A DNA stretch of 47,348 nt from an uncultured Erysipelotrichaceae bacterium (GCA_963550455.1 CAUVBZ010000001.1:1-47348); one strand, 5' to 3'; shown: positions 1 to 12,075, numbered from the stretch's first letter. Notes: generated from the letters alone by a model not told the origin. Numbers and translations are program-made.

Positions 1-2
1 TA

Positions 3-1142
3 AATCATCCGCTTCTTCTCGATATTTTGCAGGAAAGCGAATATCGGAAACAGGTTGAAATCGCACCCATTTCGTTCGATCTCTCGCATGAATCGGAATT
101 TTTTTCCATGTCGATTCAGGCCGATCGAACTTTTGAAAATTTTGTCGTCGGCGACTGCAACCGCGAATCGCAGGCCGCCGCACTGGCCTGTGCATATAAT
201 CCGGGAAAATATTTTAATCCGCTTTTTATTTACGGAAACAGCGGCCTTGGCAAAACGCATCTGCTCATGTCCATCGGCAATTATGTTCAGAAATCCTATC
301 CGGATAAAAAGGTTTATTACATCGAATCGCTGAAATTTGTCGATAAAGTTGTCAAAGCGATTCAAAACGGCAAGATCGACGCCTTCAAACGCTACATGTG
401 TACCATGGATCTGCTGCTGGTGGACGACATTCAGTTTTTAGCCGGAAAAGAAAAAAGTCATGAGGTCTTTTTTTCCATCTATAACGAACTGGTCAACAAC
501 CGCAAGCAGATTTGTATCGCTTCCGATCGACAGCCGCGAGAAATCAAGGGTCTGGAAGATCGTCTCATCTCCCGTTTCTCCAGCGGTTTATCCGTCGGTA
601 TCGATTCGCCGGAATTTGAAACCAGTCTGGCCATTCTGCAAATGAAGATCAAAAATTCCGGAAACGATATTTCCGAAGTGGATGAAAAGGGATTATCCTA
701 TATCGCCTCCAATTTTTCAGGAAACGTGCGCGATCTGGAAGGCGCATGGAACCGTGTCCTGTTTTATGCCATCATGTTTCAAAAAGACAAAGGCGTCATT
801 CAATTCGAAACGGTCGTCAATGCTTTGAAAAATCAGGCCGTCGTTTCCGATAAAACCGGTTTGTCGCCGCACCGCATCATTAAAACCGTGGCGGATTATT
901 ACGGCTTGACCCGCCAGCAGATCACCGGAAAAACACGCACCAAAAATATCGCCAATGCACGCCATATCAGCATTTATCTCTGTCGAAAGCTTCTCGATCT
1001 GTCCTATATTAAAATCGGCGAAGAATTCGGCGGCCGCGATCACAGCACGATTATTTCCGCCTGCATGAAGGTTGATAAACAAATCAAGACCGATCGTAAT
1101 TTTTCCACCGCCTTGTCGGAATTGGAAAAAATGATGCAGTAA
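3..1142 (+). CDS. dnaA: Chromosomal replication initiator DnaA (5' end lies upstream of the window)
   Basis: Frame open from nt 3. NPLFIYGNSGLGKTHL (Walker A), LLVDDIQFL (Walker B), C-terminal GGRDHSTII DNA-binding signature. Confidence 0.98.
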   Translation, partial: NHPLLLDILQESEYRKQVEIAPISFDLSHESEFFSMSIQADRTFENFVVGDCNRESQAAALACAYNPGKYFNPLFIYGNSGLGKTHLLMSIGNYVQKSYPDKKVYYIESLKFVDKVVKAIQNGKIDAFKRYMCTMDLLLVDDIQFLAGKEKSHEVFFSIYNELVNNRKQICIASDRQPREIKGLEDRLISRFSSGLSVGIDSPEFETSLAILQMKIKNSGNDISEVDEKGLSYIASNFSGNVRDLEGAWNRVLFYAIMFQKDKGVIQFETVVNALKNQAVVSDKTGLSPHRIIKTVADYYGLTRQQITGKTRTKNIANARHISIYLCRKLLDLSYIKIGEEFGGRDHSTIISACMKVDKQIKTDRNFSTALSELEKMMQ

Positions 1143-1265
1143 TCCACCGTTTTCCACGCTTTAACCACATTCGAAAAATGTTAAAATAAGGCTTATGTAA
1201 AGGCTTAAATACCATTATCCACAACATCCACAGCCTTAATGATGATAAAGCTTGAAAAGAAAAAA
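1140..1265. promoter_or_regulatory. oriC (dnaA-dnaN intergenic part): DnaA boxes plus putative DnaA-trios/unwinding element
   Basis: Perfect TTATCCACA at 1215-1223. Near-boxes ACATCCACA 1224-1232, TTAACCACA 1161-1169, TTTTCCACG 1150-1158, TAATCCACC 1140-1148. Followed by GCC, TTA-ATG-ATG-ATA and an AT-rich tract. Confidence 0.88.
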
Positions 1266-1296
1266 TATATACGCACACGCGTAAAAGGAGAAAATC

Positions 1297-2430
1297 ATGA
1301 GTGAGACAAGTTTCCGTATCAATAAAGATGTATTCTATTCCGCTTTACAGACGGCAAAATCCGCCGTTGCGGCCAATTCACCCCTGCCTTCGCTAAGCGG
1401 AATCCGTATCGACGTCTTGGAAGATCATCTTCTGATCACCGGTTCCGACAACGATCTTTCCATTCAAACGACGTTGAAAAATTCGGCTGATCATCCGATC
1501 GGTCTGCAGATCGACGGTACCGGCACCATTGTGATGGATAGTTCCTATCTGCTGGATATTGTCAAAAAGATGGATAGCGACGAAATTCATATTTCAGTTT
1601 TGGATGGAACCTTGATTCATTTTGTCGGCAATAAGGCGGAATTTAAGATTAACGGGTATAATCCGGACGATTATCCGCACATTGATTTTGCTCCTCTGAG
1701 TACGCCGTTTACGATGTCTTCCAGAAAAATGGCGGAAATCATCTCCAAGACGGCGTTCGCCGCTTCGACGAAAGAAACACGCCTGGTTTTGATGGGCGTC
1801 AATATGAAGGCGGAGGACGGAAAGATCACCGTTACGGCGACCGATTCCTATCGTCTGGCCCGTATGATCGTGGCGGCGGATTGTGAACCTTTCAATATCA
1901 CCGTTCCTTCGCGTGCGCTCTTTTCGGCTAAATCTATTTTTACGGAAGGTTCCGTCTCCATTGCGGTTTCGGCGCGTAAAATTCAGTTTCGTTCCGAGAA
2001 CACCGTTCTGCAGTCCAACCTGCTGGAAGGCGCATTTCCGGAAATCGATCGCCTAATTCCGGCGGAGTTTACCCGTACCTTGATCATCAATCGACAGGCT
2101 TTAATGACGGCAATCGATCGTACGTCTTTCATTAAGACGGATAATATGACCGTTATTCGGCTTCAGGTTGAAAATAAAGATGATGTCATGATCTCCACCC
2201 GGTCGCAGGAAATCGGCGAGTCACACGAAGGTTTGACGGCTGATTCTTTCACTGGCGAAGCATTGGATATCAGTTTTTCCGGTACGTATGTCAATGACGC
2301 GGCCCGGGCTCTTTCCGCCGAAAATATCGCCTTGTTGTTCACCAGTGAGATGCGGCCGTTTATTTTGAAAAATAATGTCGATGATACCGATCTGCTGCAA
2401 CTTGTTCTCCCGGTTCGCACTTACAATTAA
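1297..2430 (+). CDS. dnaN: DNA polymerase III beta sliding clamp
   Basis: 377 aa, ATDSYRLA motif, C-terminal QLVLPVR, AAGGAG RBS, directly after oriC. Confidence 0.97.
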   Translation: MSETSFRINKDVFYSALQTAKSAVAANSPLPSLSGIRIDVLEDHLLITGSDNDLSIQTTLKNSADHPIGLQIDGTGTIVMDSSYLLDIVKKMDSDEIHISVLDGTLIHFVGNKAEFKINGYNPDDYPHIDFAPLSTPFTMSSRKMAEIISKTAFAASTKETRLVLMGVNMKAEDGKITVTATDSYRLARMIVAADCEPFNITVPSRALFSAKSIFTEGSVSIAVSARKIQFRSENTVLQSNLLEGAFPEIDRLIPAEFTRTLIINRQALMTAIDRTSFIKTDNMTVIRLQVENKDDVMISTRSQEIGESHEGLTADSFTGEALDISFSGTYVNDAARALSAENIALLFTSEMRPFILKNNVDDTDLLQLVLPVRTYN

Positions 2431-2435
2431 AAAAC

Positions 2436-2465
2436 AAAAATCGGACGTCGACGTCCGATTTTTTT
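2436..2465 (+). terminator. Intrinsic terminator after dnaN (perfect 28-bp palindrome)
   Basis: AAAAATCGGACGTC|GACGTCCGATTTTT followed by more T. Confidence 0.8.
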
Positions 2466-2519
2466 AGAGATGAAAGGTCTTGAAAAAGGCTTTTAAATAA
2501 GGATTTAAAGCATGTTTTG

Positions 2520-2528
2520 TGGTATAAT
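2520..2528 (+). promoter_or_regulatory. Extended -10 sigma-A promoter for yaaA-recF-gyrB-gyrA
   Basis: TGGTATAAT (TGn-TATAAT) about 40 nt upstream of the yaaA ATG. Confidence 0.65.
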
Positions 2529-2568
2529 TTGAAAGGTTTTTCCGACCTGAAAATGAAGGAGTTCCGCG

Positions 2569-2765
2569 ATGGAAAATGCACAGACGGATTATATCAAACT
2601 GGACGCATTTTTAAAGTTTCGCCATCTTGTTTCGACCGGCGGGCAGGCGAAAATTCTCATTCAAAGCGGAGAGGTTTTCGTCAACGGCGAAGTGGAAAAA
2701 AGAAGGGGGCGTAAACTGCGCCGCGGCGACGAAATACGCATTCATCAGAAAACGTATATTGTGGA

Positions 2766-2775
<10 letters not shown>
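2569..2775 (+). CDS. yaaA: S4-domain RNA-binding protein (YaaA family)
   Basis: YIKLDAFLK...STGGQAK...VNGEVEKRRGRKL; canonical position between dnaN and recF. Confidence 0.93.
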
Positions 2776-5836
<3,061 letters not shown>

Positions 5837-5848
5837 GGAGACGATGGA

Positions 5849-8347
5849 ATGGCCAATGAAGAATACATGGAATGGGATGAATCACTGATTGATCCCGGTA
5901 ATATCACCGAAACGGAGCTGTCCAAAGAGATTCGTCGTGACTTTCTGGACTATTCCATGTCGGTTATCGTCGCCCGCGCCCTGCCGGACGTCCGCGACGG
6001 CTTAAAACCCGTGCAGCGGCGTATTTTGTTTTCGATGAATGAGATCAACAACGGCCCGGACAAACCGTATAAAAAGTGTGCCCGCATTGTCGGCGACACG
6101 ATGGCGAAATATCACCCGCACGGAGACAGTTCCATCTATGGCGCTCTGGTATACATGGCGCAGAACTGGAATATGCGGAAAGTTCTGGTCGACGGACACG
6201 GCAACTTCGGCGATATGGATGGCGACGGAGCGGCCGCCATGCGTTATACCGAAGCGCGGATGTCCAAAATCGCCGTCGAGATGCTGCGGGATCTGGATAA
6301 AGATACGGTTGATATGAAAGACAACTATGACGGTGAAGAAAAGGAACCGTCCGTTTTACCGGCGCGCTTTCCGAACCTGCTCGTCAACGGCGGGCAGGGA
6401 ATCGCGGTCGGTATGGCGACCAATGTCGCGCCGCATAACTTAGGTGAAACGATCGACGGCATTCTTGCCCTGATGGACAGGCCGGATATGACGGTGATGG
6501 ATCTGATGCAGGAAATCAAAGGCCCCGACTTTCCGACCGGCGGATATATTTTAGGGCGTACCGGTATCCGCAATGCGTTTGAGACGGGAAAAGGTTCCAT
6601 CGTCATGCGGGCGAAGACGAGCGTTGAACCGATGGCGAACGGGAAGCAGCGTATTATCGTGACGGAGCTTCCGTATCAGGTCAATAAAGCGGAGATGGTT
6701 AAGCGCATCGCCCAGCTGGCGCGCGATAAGGTGATCGACGGCCTGACCGATCTAAGGGACGAGTCCAACATGAGCGGAGTCCGGGTTGTCATCGAACTGC
6801 GCAAAGATGTCCAGCCGGAAGTGATTTTAAATCAGCTTTATCGTCTTTCGCCGCTGCAGGCGACCTTTGCGGTGAACAATGTCGTGCTGGTCAACGGCGC
6901 GCCGAAGCAGTGCGGCATTCTTGAAATTCTTTCGGAGTATATTGGCTTTCAGAAACAGGTGATCCGTCGTCGGACGGCCTTTGATCTTAAAAAGGCGCAG
7001 GATCGCGCGCATATTCTGGAAGGCTTGCGGATTGCCGTCGATCATCTGGATGCGATCATTCACACGATTCGCAGTTCCCGCGATCCTAATGAAGCGATGT
7101 CGCGCCTGATGCGGGAATTTCATCTGGACGAAATTCAGGCCAAGGCGATTTTGGATATGCAGTTCCGCCGCCTGACCGGTCTGGAGCGGGAAAAGATTGA
7201 AAATGAATACCGTGATCTGCTTGTACGGATTGCGGATTTGGAAGATATATTGGCCCATGAAGCGCGAGTTGAACAGATTCTGCGCGACGAGCTGTTGACA
7301 ATCAAGGAGAAGTTCAACGATCCTCGGCGGACGGAAATTCTGGATGCGTCGAGCGACGTGGAGGATGAAGACCTCATACCGGTGGAAAAAATCATCGTCA
7401 CGCTTTCCGCCAACGGCTATATCAAACGGATAACAAGTTCTTCCTACAAGGTGCAGAAGCGCGGCGGCAAGGGCATCAAGGGCATGGCGCTGAATGCCGA
7501 CGACGTCATCGACCAGTTTGTGTCGCTTTCGACGCACGATTATCTGTTGTTCTTTACCGATATGGGTCGCGTTTATCGTCTGAAAGGCTATAACGTCCCG
7601 GCGTATGGCCGAACGAGCAAGGGCATTCCGGTAGTCAATCTTCTGGCGTTGAATAAAGAGGAAAAAGTCTGCGCGATTGTTCCGTATGCCGTACAGGATG
7701 AAGCCAAGGCGCTGGTCATCGTTTCGACGCAGGGATTGATCAAGCGGGTGCAGATTCGGGAGTTTGAAAATATCAACCGCAAGGGAAAGATCGCCATGTC
7801 TTTGCGGGAAGGCGACCGTCTTGCGTTTGTGCGGGCGACGGGAGGAGAGGCGGATATCATCGTCGGCTGTTCCAACGGCAAGGCAATCCGTTTCCATGAA
7901 CAGGGAATTCGTTTCAGCGGCCGCACCTCGATGGGCGTCAAAGCGATGAATACCGACGGCGGCGTTGTCATCGGCATGGCAACGTCCGAAGAAGGACGTC
8001 ATATGTTGACGGTGACGGAAAGCGGCTACGGCAAGCTGACCGATCTTTGGGAATATCGGCTGACCAATCGCGGCGGCAAAGGCGTCAAGGCCATGAACGT
8101 GACGACGAAGACGGGTCCGCTTGTATGCATGCGTGTCGTTACGGGAGAAGAAGATCTGATGATCATGTCCGACGACGGCATCATCATTCGTATTTCGATG
8201 GATCCGCTGCGGGCGATGAGTCGCAATACGCAGGGCGTCCGTCTGATTCGGATTGATTCGGGGCGAAGGGTTTCTGCGGTTGCGGTTGTCGAACCGGATA
8301 CGGAAGAAAATACCGACGCAAAGGAAAGTGAGACACAGGCAGGCTGA
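5849..8347 (+). CDS. gyrA: DNA gyrase subunit A
   Basis: YHPHGDSSIY, AAMRYTE catalytic Tyr, GyrA-box QKRGGKG. Confidence 0.97.
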   Translation: MANEEYMEWDESLIDPGNITETELSKEIRRDFLDYSMSVIVARALPDVRDGLKPVQRRILFSMNEINNGPDKPYKKCARIVGDTMAKYHPHGDSSIYGALVYMAQNWNMRKVLVDGHGNFGDMDGDGAAAMRYTEARMSKIAVEMLRDLDKDTVDMKDNYDGEEKEPSVLPARFPNLLVNGGQGIAVGMATNVAPHNLGETIDGILALMDRPDMTVMDLMQEIKGPDFPTGGYILGRTGIRNAFETGKGSIVMRAKTSVEPMANGKQRIIVTELPYQVNKAEMVKRIAQLARDKVIDGLTDLRDESNMSGVRVVIELRKDVQPEVILNQLYRLSPLQATFAVNNVVLVNGAPKQCGILEILSEYIGFQKQVIRRRTAFDLKKAQDRAHILEGLRIAVDHLDAIIHTIRSSRDPNEAMSRLMREFHLDEIQAKAILDMQFRRLTGLEREKIENEYRDLLVRIADLEDILAHEARVEQILRDELLTIKEKFNDPRRTEILDASSDVEDEDLIPVEKIIVTLSANGYIKRITSSSYKVQKRGGKGIKGMALNADDVIDQFVSLSTHDYLLFFTDMGRVYRLKGYNVPAYGRTSKGIPVVNLLALNKEEKVCAIVPYAVQDEAKALVIVSTQGLIKRVQIREFENINRKGKIAMSLREGDRLAFVRATGGEADIIVGCSNGKAIRFHEQGIRFSGRTSMGVKAMNTDGGVVIGMATSEEGRHMLTVTESGYGKLTDLWEYRLTNRGGKGVKAMNVTTKTGPLVCMRVVTGEEDLMIMSDDGIIIRISMDPLRAMSRNTQGVRLIRIDSGRRVSAVAVVEPDTEENTDAKESETQAG

Positions 8348-8363
8348 ACCTCCGCTTGCCGGC

Positions 8364-8399
8364 GGCGTAAACCTATATCCAGATGGTTTACGCCTTTTT
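8364..8399 (+). terminator. Intrinsic terminator of gyrA
   Basis: GGCGTAAACC-N11-GGTTTACGCC-TTTTT. Confidence 0.8.
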
Positions 8400-8406
8400 A
8401 ATAACT

Positions 8407-8446
8407 AAAAAAGGGAGAGGACACTTGGAAGCGTCTCGCCCTTTTT
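8407..8446 (-). terminator. Probable terminator of the convergent small minus-strand gene
   Basis: AAAAAAGGGAGAG...CTCGCCCTTTTT imperfect hairpin flanked by A/T runs. Confidence 0.55.
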
Positions 8447-8456
8447 ATTACCGATT

Positions 8457-8708
8457 TTATTTTTTCTTTTTGATGTTGGAGGCGCGCTTTGCCCGTGCGG
8501 TCTTTGCGGCCTTCTTACGCTTTTCCATATCAGCCACGACCAGCTGCGTGAGATACTCTTTTACTCCCGGCTGTTTCTCCAGCCAGCTGATGATTTTCTT
8601 TTCGGAAATATTATTGTAGCGAATGGAAAAGGAGCGATAGTTTTCGCGGTTGTAAGCGTTGTTGTAATCCAGCTTGCGCTGATAAAGATCAATTGCGCGT
8701 TTTTTCAT
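8457..8708 (-). CDS. Small basic ribbon-helix-helix-like DNA-binding protein with Lys/Ala-rich tail (83 aa)
   Basis: YNRENYRSFSIRY (beta ribbon), EKKIISWLEKQP, VKEYLTQLVVADME pattern. AGGGGG RBS before ATG at 8708. Confidence 0.65.
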   Translation of the reverse strand: MKKRAIDLYQRKLDYNNAYNRENYRSFSIRYNNISEKKIISWLEKQPGVKEYLTQLVVADMEKRKKAAKTARAKRASNIKKKK

Positions 8709-8859
8709 AAGAGTCCCCCTGTTATCGGCAAGCAAATAATACCATTCCTTTTTTTAAAAGAAAGTGGGAATTGGTGAAATATACAGGTTTTTCATAAAAA
8801 ATTCACGGCAGAATAGGATATATCATACACGACGTGAAAAAGGACTATGCATGCATGTT

Positions 8860-9783
8860 TCAATATGCCGTTGCCAAGCGCAGTCCGCCGTCGGTTCGAA
8901 CCAGCTGAATACGGACAATTTCCGGCTGTATCGTTTCGAAAACGGCAGTGTGAATATCAATCGCCACCGTCGTTTCCTCTTCCTGTACGGCGGCGATATA
9001 TTCCGTCGCATATTGTCGGCGGCCGGGAATGGAGGACAGGCCGGTATCCTGTGCATATAAGACGCCGTCGATTTCCTTGAATACGGAATTCTCGTCGTCG
9101 AAGGCGGACGTATAAAACTGATTTTGCAGATATTCCTGCGGAAAGACTTCCTGCGCCAGGGCTTTCAATGCATCGACGGAAAGCGTATCGACGCCCTCGA
9201 TCGCCGTGACCGGACGATAGCCGTTTTCTTCCGCCGTTTCATCCAGCGTTACGCTCAGTCCGTAAAAGGCGTTTAAAACGGTTTTTTCCTTTTGTAAAAG
9301 CGTATCCAGCGCCGCCTTGATCGACGCATAATCCGGATTGTTTTTTAAAACGCTGTCGAGCTTCTGCTCGAAGGTGATTTTTCCGTTGAGCCAGAACGAG
9401 CCGCCGGTCAGCGTATAGATATGATAGACGGCCGCATAGGTTTCATTGATTTGCGCTTTTCCGCTATAGGCGGTGTTGGTATTGACTTCGTCGTCTTTAA
9501 TTTCTTCCAGATCTTTGAGGGACTGAATGTCGGCAAGCTTTTCAATTCCGATCGGCAGCGGCGGAATCGTGATGTTCAGCCGCTCTTCCGTTTCGCTGAT
9601 TTTACCGTCGTTGTAGGTCGAAACCGCATCCTGCAGCATGCTCAGTTTTTTTTCGTCTGGCGTCCGGGTGTCGGCGGATATTTCCGGCCCGTTATAGCCG
9701 TCGTCCGCCACGTCGGTTTTCGTCTTTCCGCATCCCGTCAGGAACAGTCCGGCACACATCAGGAACAACAGCGTTTTATGCAT
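8860..9783 (-). CDS. Lipoprotein of unknown function (307 aa)
   Basis: Signal peptide with lipobox LFLTG-C; AAGGAAG RBS; acidic mature part. Confidence 0.8.
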   Translation of the reverse strand: MHKTLLFLMCAGLFLTGCGKTKTDVADDGYNGPEISADTRTPDEKKLSMLQDAVSTYNDGKISETEERLNITIPPLPIGIEKLADIQSLKDLEEIKDDEVNTNTAYSGKAQINETYAAVYHIYTLTGGSFWLNGKITFEQKLDSVLKNNPDYASIKAALDTLLQKEKTVLNAFYGLSVTLDETAEENGYRPVTAIEGVDTLSVDALKALAQEVFPQEYLQNQFYTSAFDDENSVFKEIDGVLYAQDTGLSSIPGRRQYATEYIAAVQEEETTVAIDIHTAVFETIQPEIVRIQLVRTDGGLRLATAY

Positions 9784-9827
9784 GATTCAGCTTCCTTTCA
9801 TAAAAATCATAGCATTGCCCGGCATGC

Positions 9828-9856
9828 TTGACAAACCGATAGTGGAATGCAAGAAT
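9828..9856 (+). promoter_or_regulatory. Sigma-A promoter of the serS leader
   Basis: TTGACA (9828-9833), 17 nt spacer, TGc-AAGAAT (9851-9856). Confidence 0.55.
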
Positions 9857-9861
9857 GAGAC

Positions 9862-10078
9862 CGTCGATCGCAGATGGGAAACATAAATCACGTACGGATT
9901 GCAGAAAGCCGGGGCGGATGGAAGCCGGTATCCGAAATGATTGAAATCCAGCCCGGAGATTGTCGGTTGTGCCCGTTATGCACAGGCAGAGTGGAAATTG
10001 TTTCACGTGAAACATTTCAAACGGGGTGGCACCGCGGTTTATACATCGTCCCTTCAGTTGACGGTGTTTTTTTATTTT
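9862..10078 (+). promoter_or_regulatory. T-box riboswitch (Ser specifier UCC) upstream of serS
   Basis: Stem I AG-bulge (AGAAAG) and distal loop (GGATGGAAG), specifier GAAA-TCC at 9947-9949, T-box GGGGTGGCACCGCG at 10023-10036, terminator ACATCGTC...GACGGTGT plus poly-T. Confidence 0.9.
9999..10014. promoter_or_regulatory. parS: parS centromere site 1 (inside the T-box leader)
   Basis: Perfect palindrome TGTTTCACGTGAAACA matching the ParB/Spo0J consensus. Confidence 0.92.
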
Positions 10079-10092
10079 AGGAGGGAAAAAAG

Positions 10093-11397
10093 ATGATTGA
10101 CATCAAGCTGATTCGAGAAGAACCGGAAGCGGTAAAAGAAAATATCCGCAAAAAATTTCAAGAAGAAAAACTGCCGCTTGTCGATGAAGTGCGCGAACTG
10201 GATCAAAAATATCGCGCCGCGAAAACACATGGTGACGAACTGCGCGCCGAGCGCAATCGGGTATCCAAGCAGATCGGCCTGCTGATGCGCGAAAACAAGA
10301 GAGACGAAGCGGAAGACGCGAAGAAGCGCGTGAAAGATGTCGACGTACAGCTGGAACATCTGGAAGTGGAAGAAGACCGATTACAGCAGGAAATCCGCAA
10401 GCGGATGCTGCTCATTCCGCAGATTATAGACGCAAGCGTGCCATTAGGCAAAGACGACAGTCAGAACGTTGAACTGGAACGTTATGGCGAACCCCGGATT
10501 CCGGATTTTCCGATTCCGTACCATACCGATATTCTGGAAGCGCTGGACGGTCTGGATTTGGACAGCGCCCGCGAGACGGCCGGAAACGGTTTCTATTATC
10601 TGATGGGCGATGTCGCGCGCCTGCAGTCCGCCATTTTAAGCTATGCCCGGGATTTCATGATCGGCCGCGGCTTCACGTACTTTATTCCGCCGTTCATGAT
10701 TCACGGCAACGTCGTAAACGGCGTGATGTCTTTCGCCGAGATGCAGAACATGATGTACAAGATCGAAGGCGAAGACCTGTATCTGATCGGAACTTCCGAA
10801 CATTCCATGGTCGGCCGTTTTATCGGAAGAACCTTAAAAAAAGAAAATCTGCCGTATACATTGACTTCGTACAGCCCCTGCTTCCGCAAAGAGGTCGGCG
10901 CCCACGGAATTGAAGAGCGCGGCCTGTATCGGGTTCATCAATTTGAGAAACAGGAGATGGTCGTCGTCTGCGAGCCGGAAGATTCTCCTTATTGGTACGA
11001 GCAGCTGTGGAAGAACACCGTCGATTTTTTCCGGACGCTGGAAATCCCGGTGCGGACTTTGGAATGCTGTTCGGGCGATTTGGCCGATCTGAAAGTCAAA
11101 TCCTGTGATGTTGAAGCGTGGAGCCCGCGCCAGCGTAAATATTTCGAGGTCGGCAGCTGTTCCAACCTCGGCGATGCGCAGGCCCGCCGTCTGGGAATCC
11201 GTATCAAGGGCGAAAACGGCAATTACTTTGCGCACACGTTGAATAATACCGTCGTCGCGCCGCCGCGCATGCTTATTGCATTCGTTGAAAACAACCTGCA
11301 GGCGGACGGTTCCGTTCTTATTCCCGCTCCGCTGCAGGCTTATATGGGCGGACAGACGGTTTTGAATCCGGTGGAAAAGAAAAAGAACATGTTCTGA
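10093..11397 (+). CDS. serS: Seryl-tRNA synthetase
   Basis: N-terminal coiled coil, GTSEHS, FRKEVG...RVHQFEKQE (motif 2), HTLNNT. Confidence 0.97.
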   Translation: MIDIKLIREEPEAVKENIRKKFQEEKLPLVDEVRELDQKYRAAKTHGDELRAERNRVSKQIGLLMRENKRDEAEDAKKRVKDVDVQLEHLEVEEDRLQQEIRKRMLLIPQIIDASVPLGKDDSQNVELERYGEPRIPDFPIPYHTDILEALDGLDLDSARETAGNGFYYLMGDVARLQSAILSYARDFMIGRGFTYFIPPFMIHGNVVNGVMSFAEMQNMMYKIEGEDLYLIGTSEHSMVGRFIGRTLKKENLPYTLTSYSPCFRKEVGAHGIEERGLYRVHQFEKQEMVVVCEPEDSPYWYEQLWKNTVDFFRTLEIPVRTLECCSGDLADLKVKSCDVEAWSPRQRKYFEVGSCSNLGDAQARRLGIRIKGENGNYFAHTLNNTVVAPPRMLIAFVENNLQADGSVLIPAPLQAYMGGQTVLNPVEKKKNMF

Positions 11398-11398
11398 T

Positions 11399-11414
11399 TG
11401 TTTCACGTGAAACA
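11399..11414. promoter_or_regulatory. parS: parS centromere site 2 (core of a 28-bp palindrome, 11393-11420)
   Basis: TCTGAT-TGTTTCACGTGAAACA-ATCAGA overlapping the serS stop codon. Confidence 0.92.
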
Positions 11415-11454
11415 ATCAGAGGTTGTTGCGGTCGAGAAAATTGACTATAATAAA

Positions 11455-11536
11455 AGCGGTACAGCAAGCATGTATAGAACCTGGTCAGGTCCGGAAGGAA
11501 GCAGCCATACAAACCTCTGCTTGCGTGTGCCGCTTT
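11455..11536 (+). ncRNA. ffs: Signal recognition particle RNA, small (4.5S-type) form
   Basis: Conserved domain IV GGTCAGGTCCGGAAGGAAGCAGCC. Ends pair (AGCGGTAC...GTGCCGCT), poly-T tail, TATAAT at 11446-11451; next to tadA/dnaX as in Bacillus. Confidence 0.93.
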
Positions 11537-11552
11537 TTTATTCGGAGAAAAA

Positions 11553-12017
11553 ATGCGGACAAACGAAGAATGGATGCGGGAAGCGCTGATAGAGGCGGAA
11601 AAAGCACGGAGAGTCAATGAAGTTCCGGTCGGAGCAGTCGTTGTTTATCAGAACGAGCTCATCGCCCGCGCACATAATCTGCGAGAACACGATCAGCAGG
11701 CGAGCGCCCATGCGGAACTGCTGGCGATCCGGGCGGCATCTGAGGTTCTGCATACGTGGAATCTGGAAGACTGCGACCTGTACGTGACGTTGGAACCATG
11801 CATGATGTGTACGGGAGCGATCGGCCTGGCCCGCATCCGCAACCTGTATTACGGAACGGCGGATCCGAAAGGCGGCTGTATCGATACACTTGTGCAGATC
11901 AAAACCATGAAACACATCGGCACATACCCGAAAACGGTATGGGCCGGCGTCTGTCAGCGCGAATGCGCGCAGATTCTGACGGATTTCTTCGCGGAAAAGA
12001 GGAAAAAACACAGGTGA
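11553..12017 (+). CDS. tadA: tRNA adenosine(34) deaminase
   Basis: EVPVGAVVV, HAE and PCMMC zinc motifs. Confidence 0.95.
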   Translation: MRTNEEWMREALIEAEKARRVNEVPVGAVVVYQNELIARAHNLREHDQQASAHAELLAIRAASEVLHTWNLEDCDLYVTLEPCMMCTGAIGLARIRNLYYGTADPKGGCIDTLVQIKTMKHIGTYPKTVWAGVCQRECAQILTDFFAEKRKKHR

Positions 12018-12075
12018 GGCAGGCCGTCACGGCATGATTTTGTTATATAATGACAGCGACTGGAGAAATGGATAG

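Noticed and set aside
27..29. TTG start giving a short 371-aa DnaA lacking domain I
   Set aside because: The frame is open to the window edge; the apparent truncation is a window artefact.
2436..2463. Perfect 28-bp palindrome as a possible protein-binding or recombination site
   Set aside because: Position right after the dnaN stop plus a poly-T tail is fully explained by an intrinsic terminator.
6827..8002. 391-aa minus-strand ORF, and similar long antisense ORFs (3731-4573, 24815-25495, 42501-43634, 44204-44950)
   Set aside because: Antisense shadows of well-conserved genes (gyrA, gyrB, atpB, prs, SDR) caused by codon bias; no RBS or recognisable motifs.
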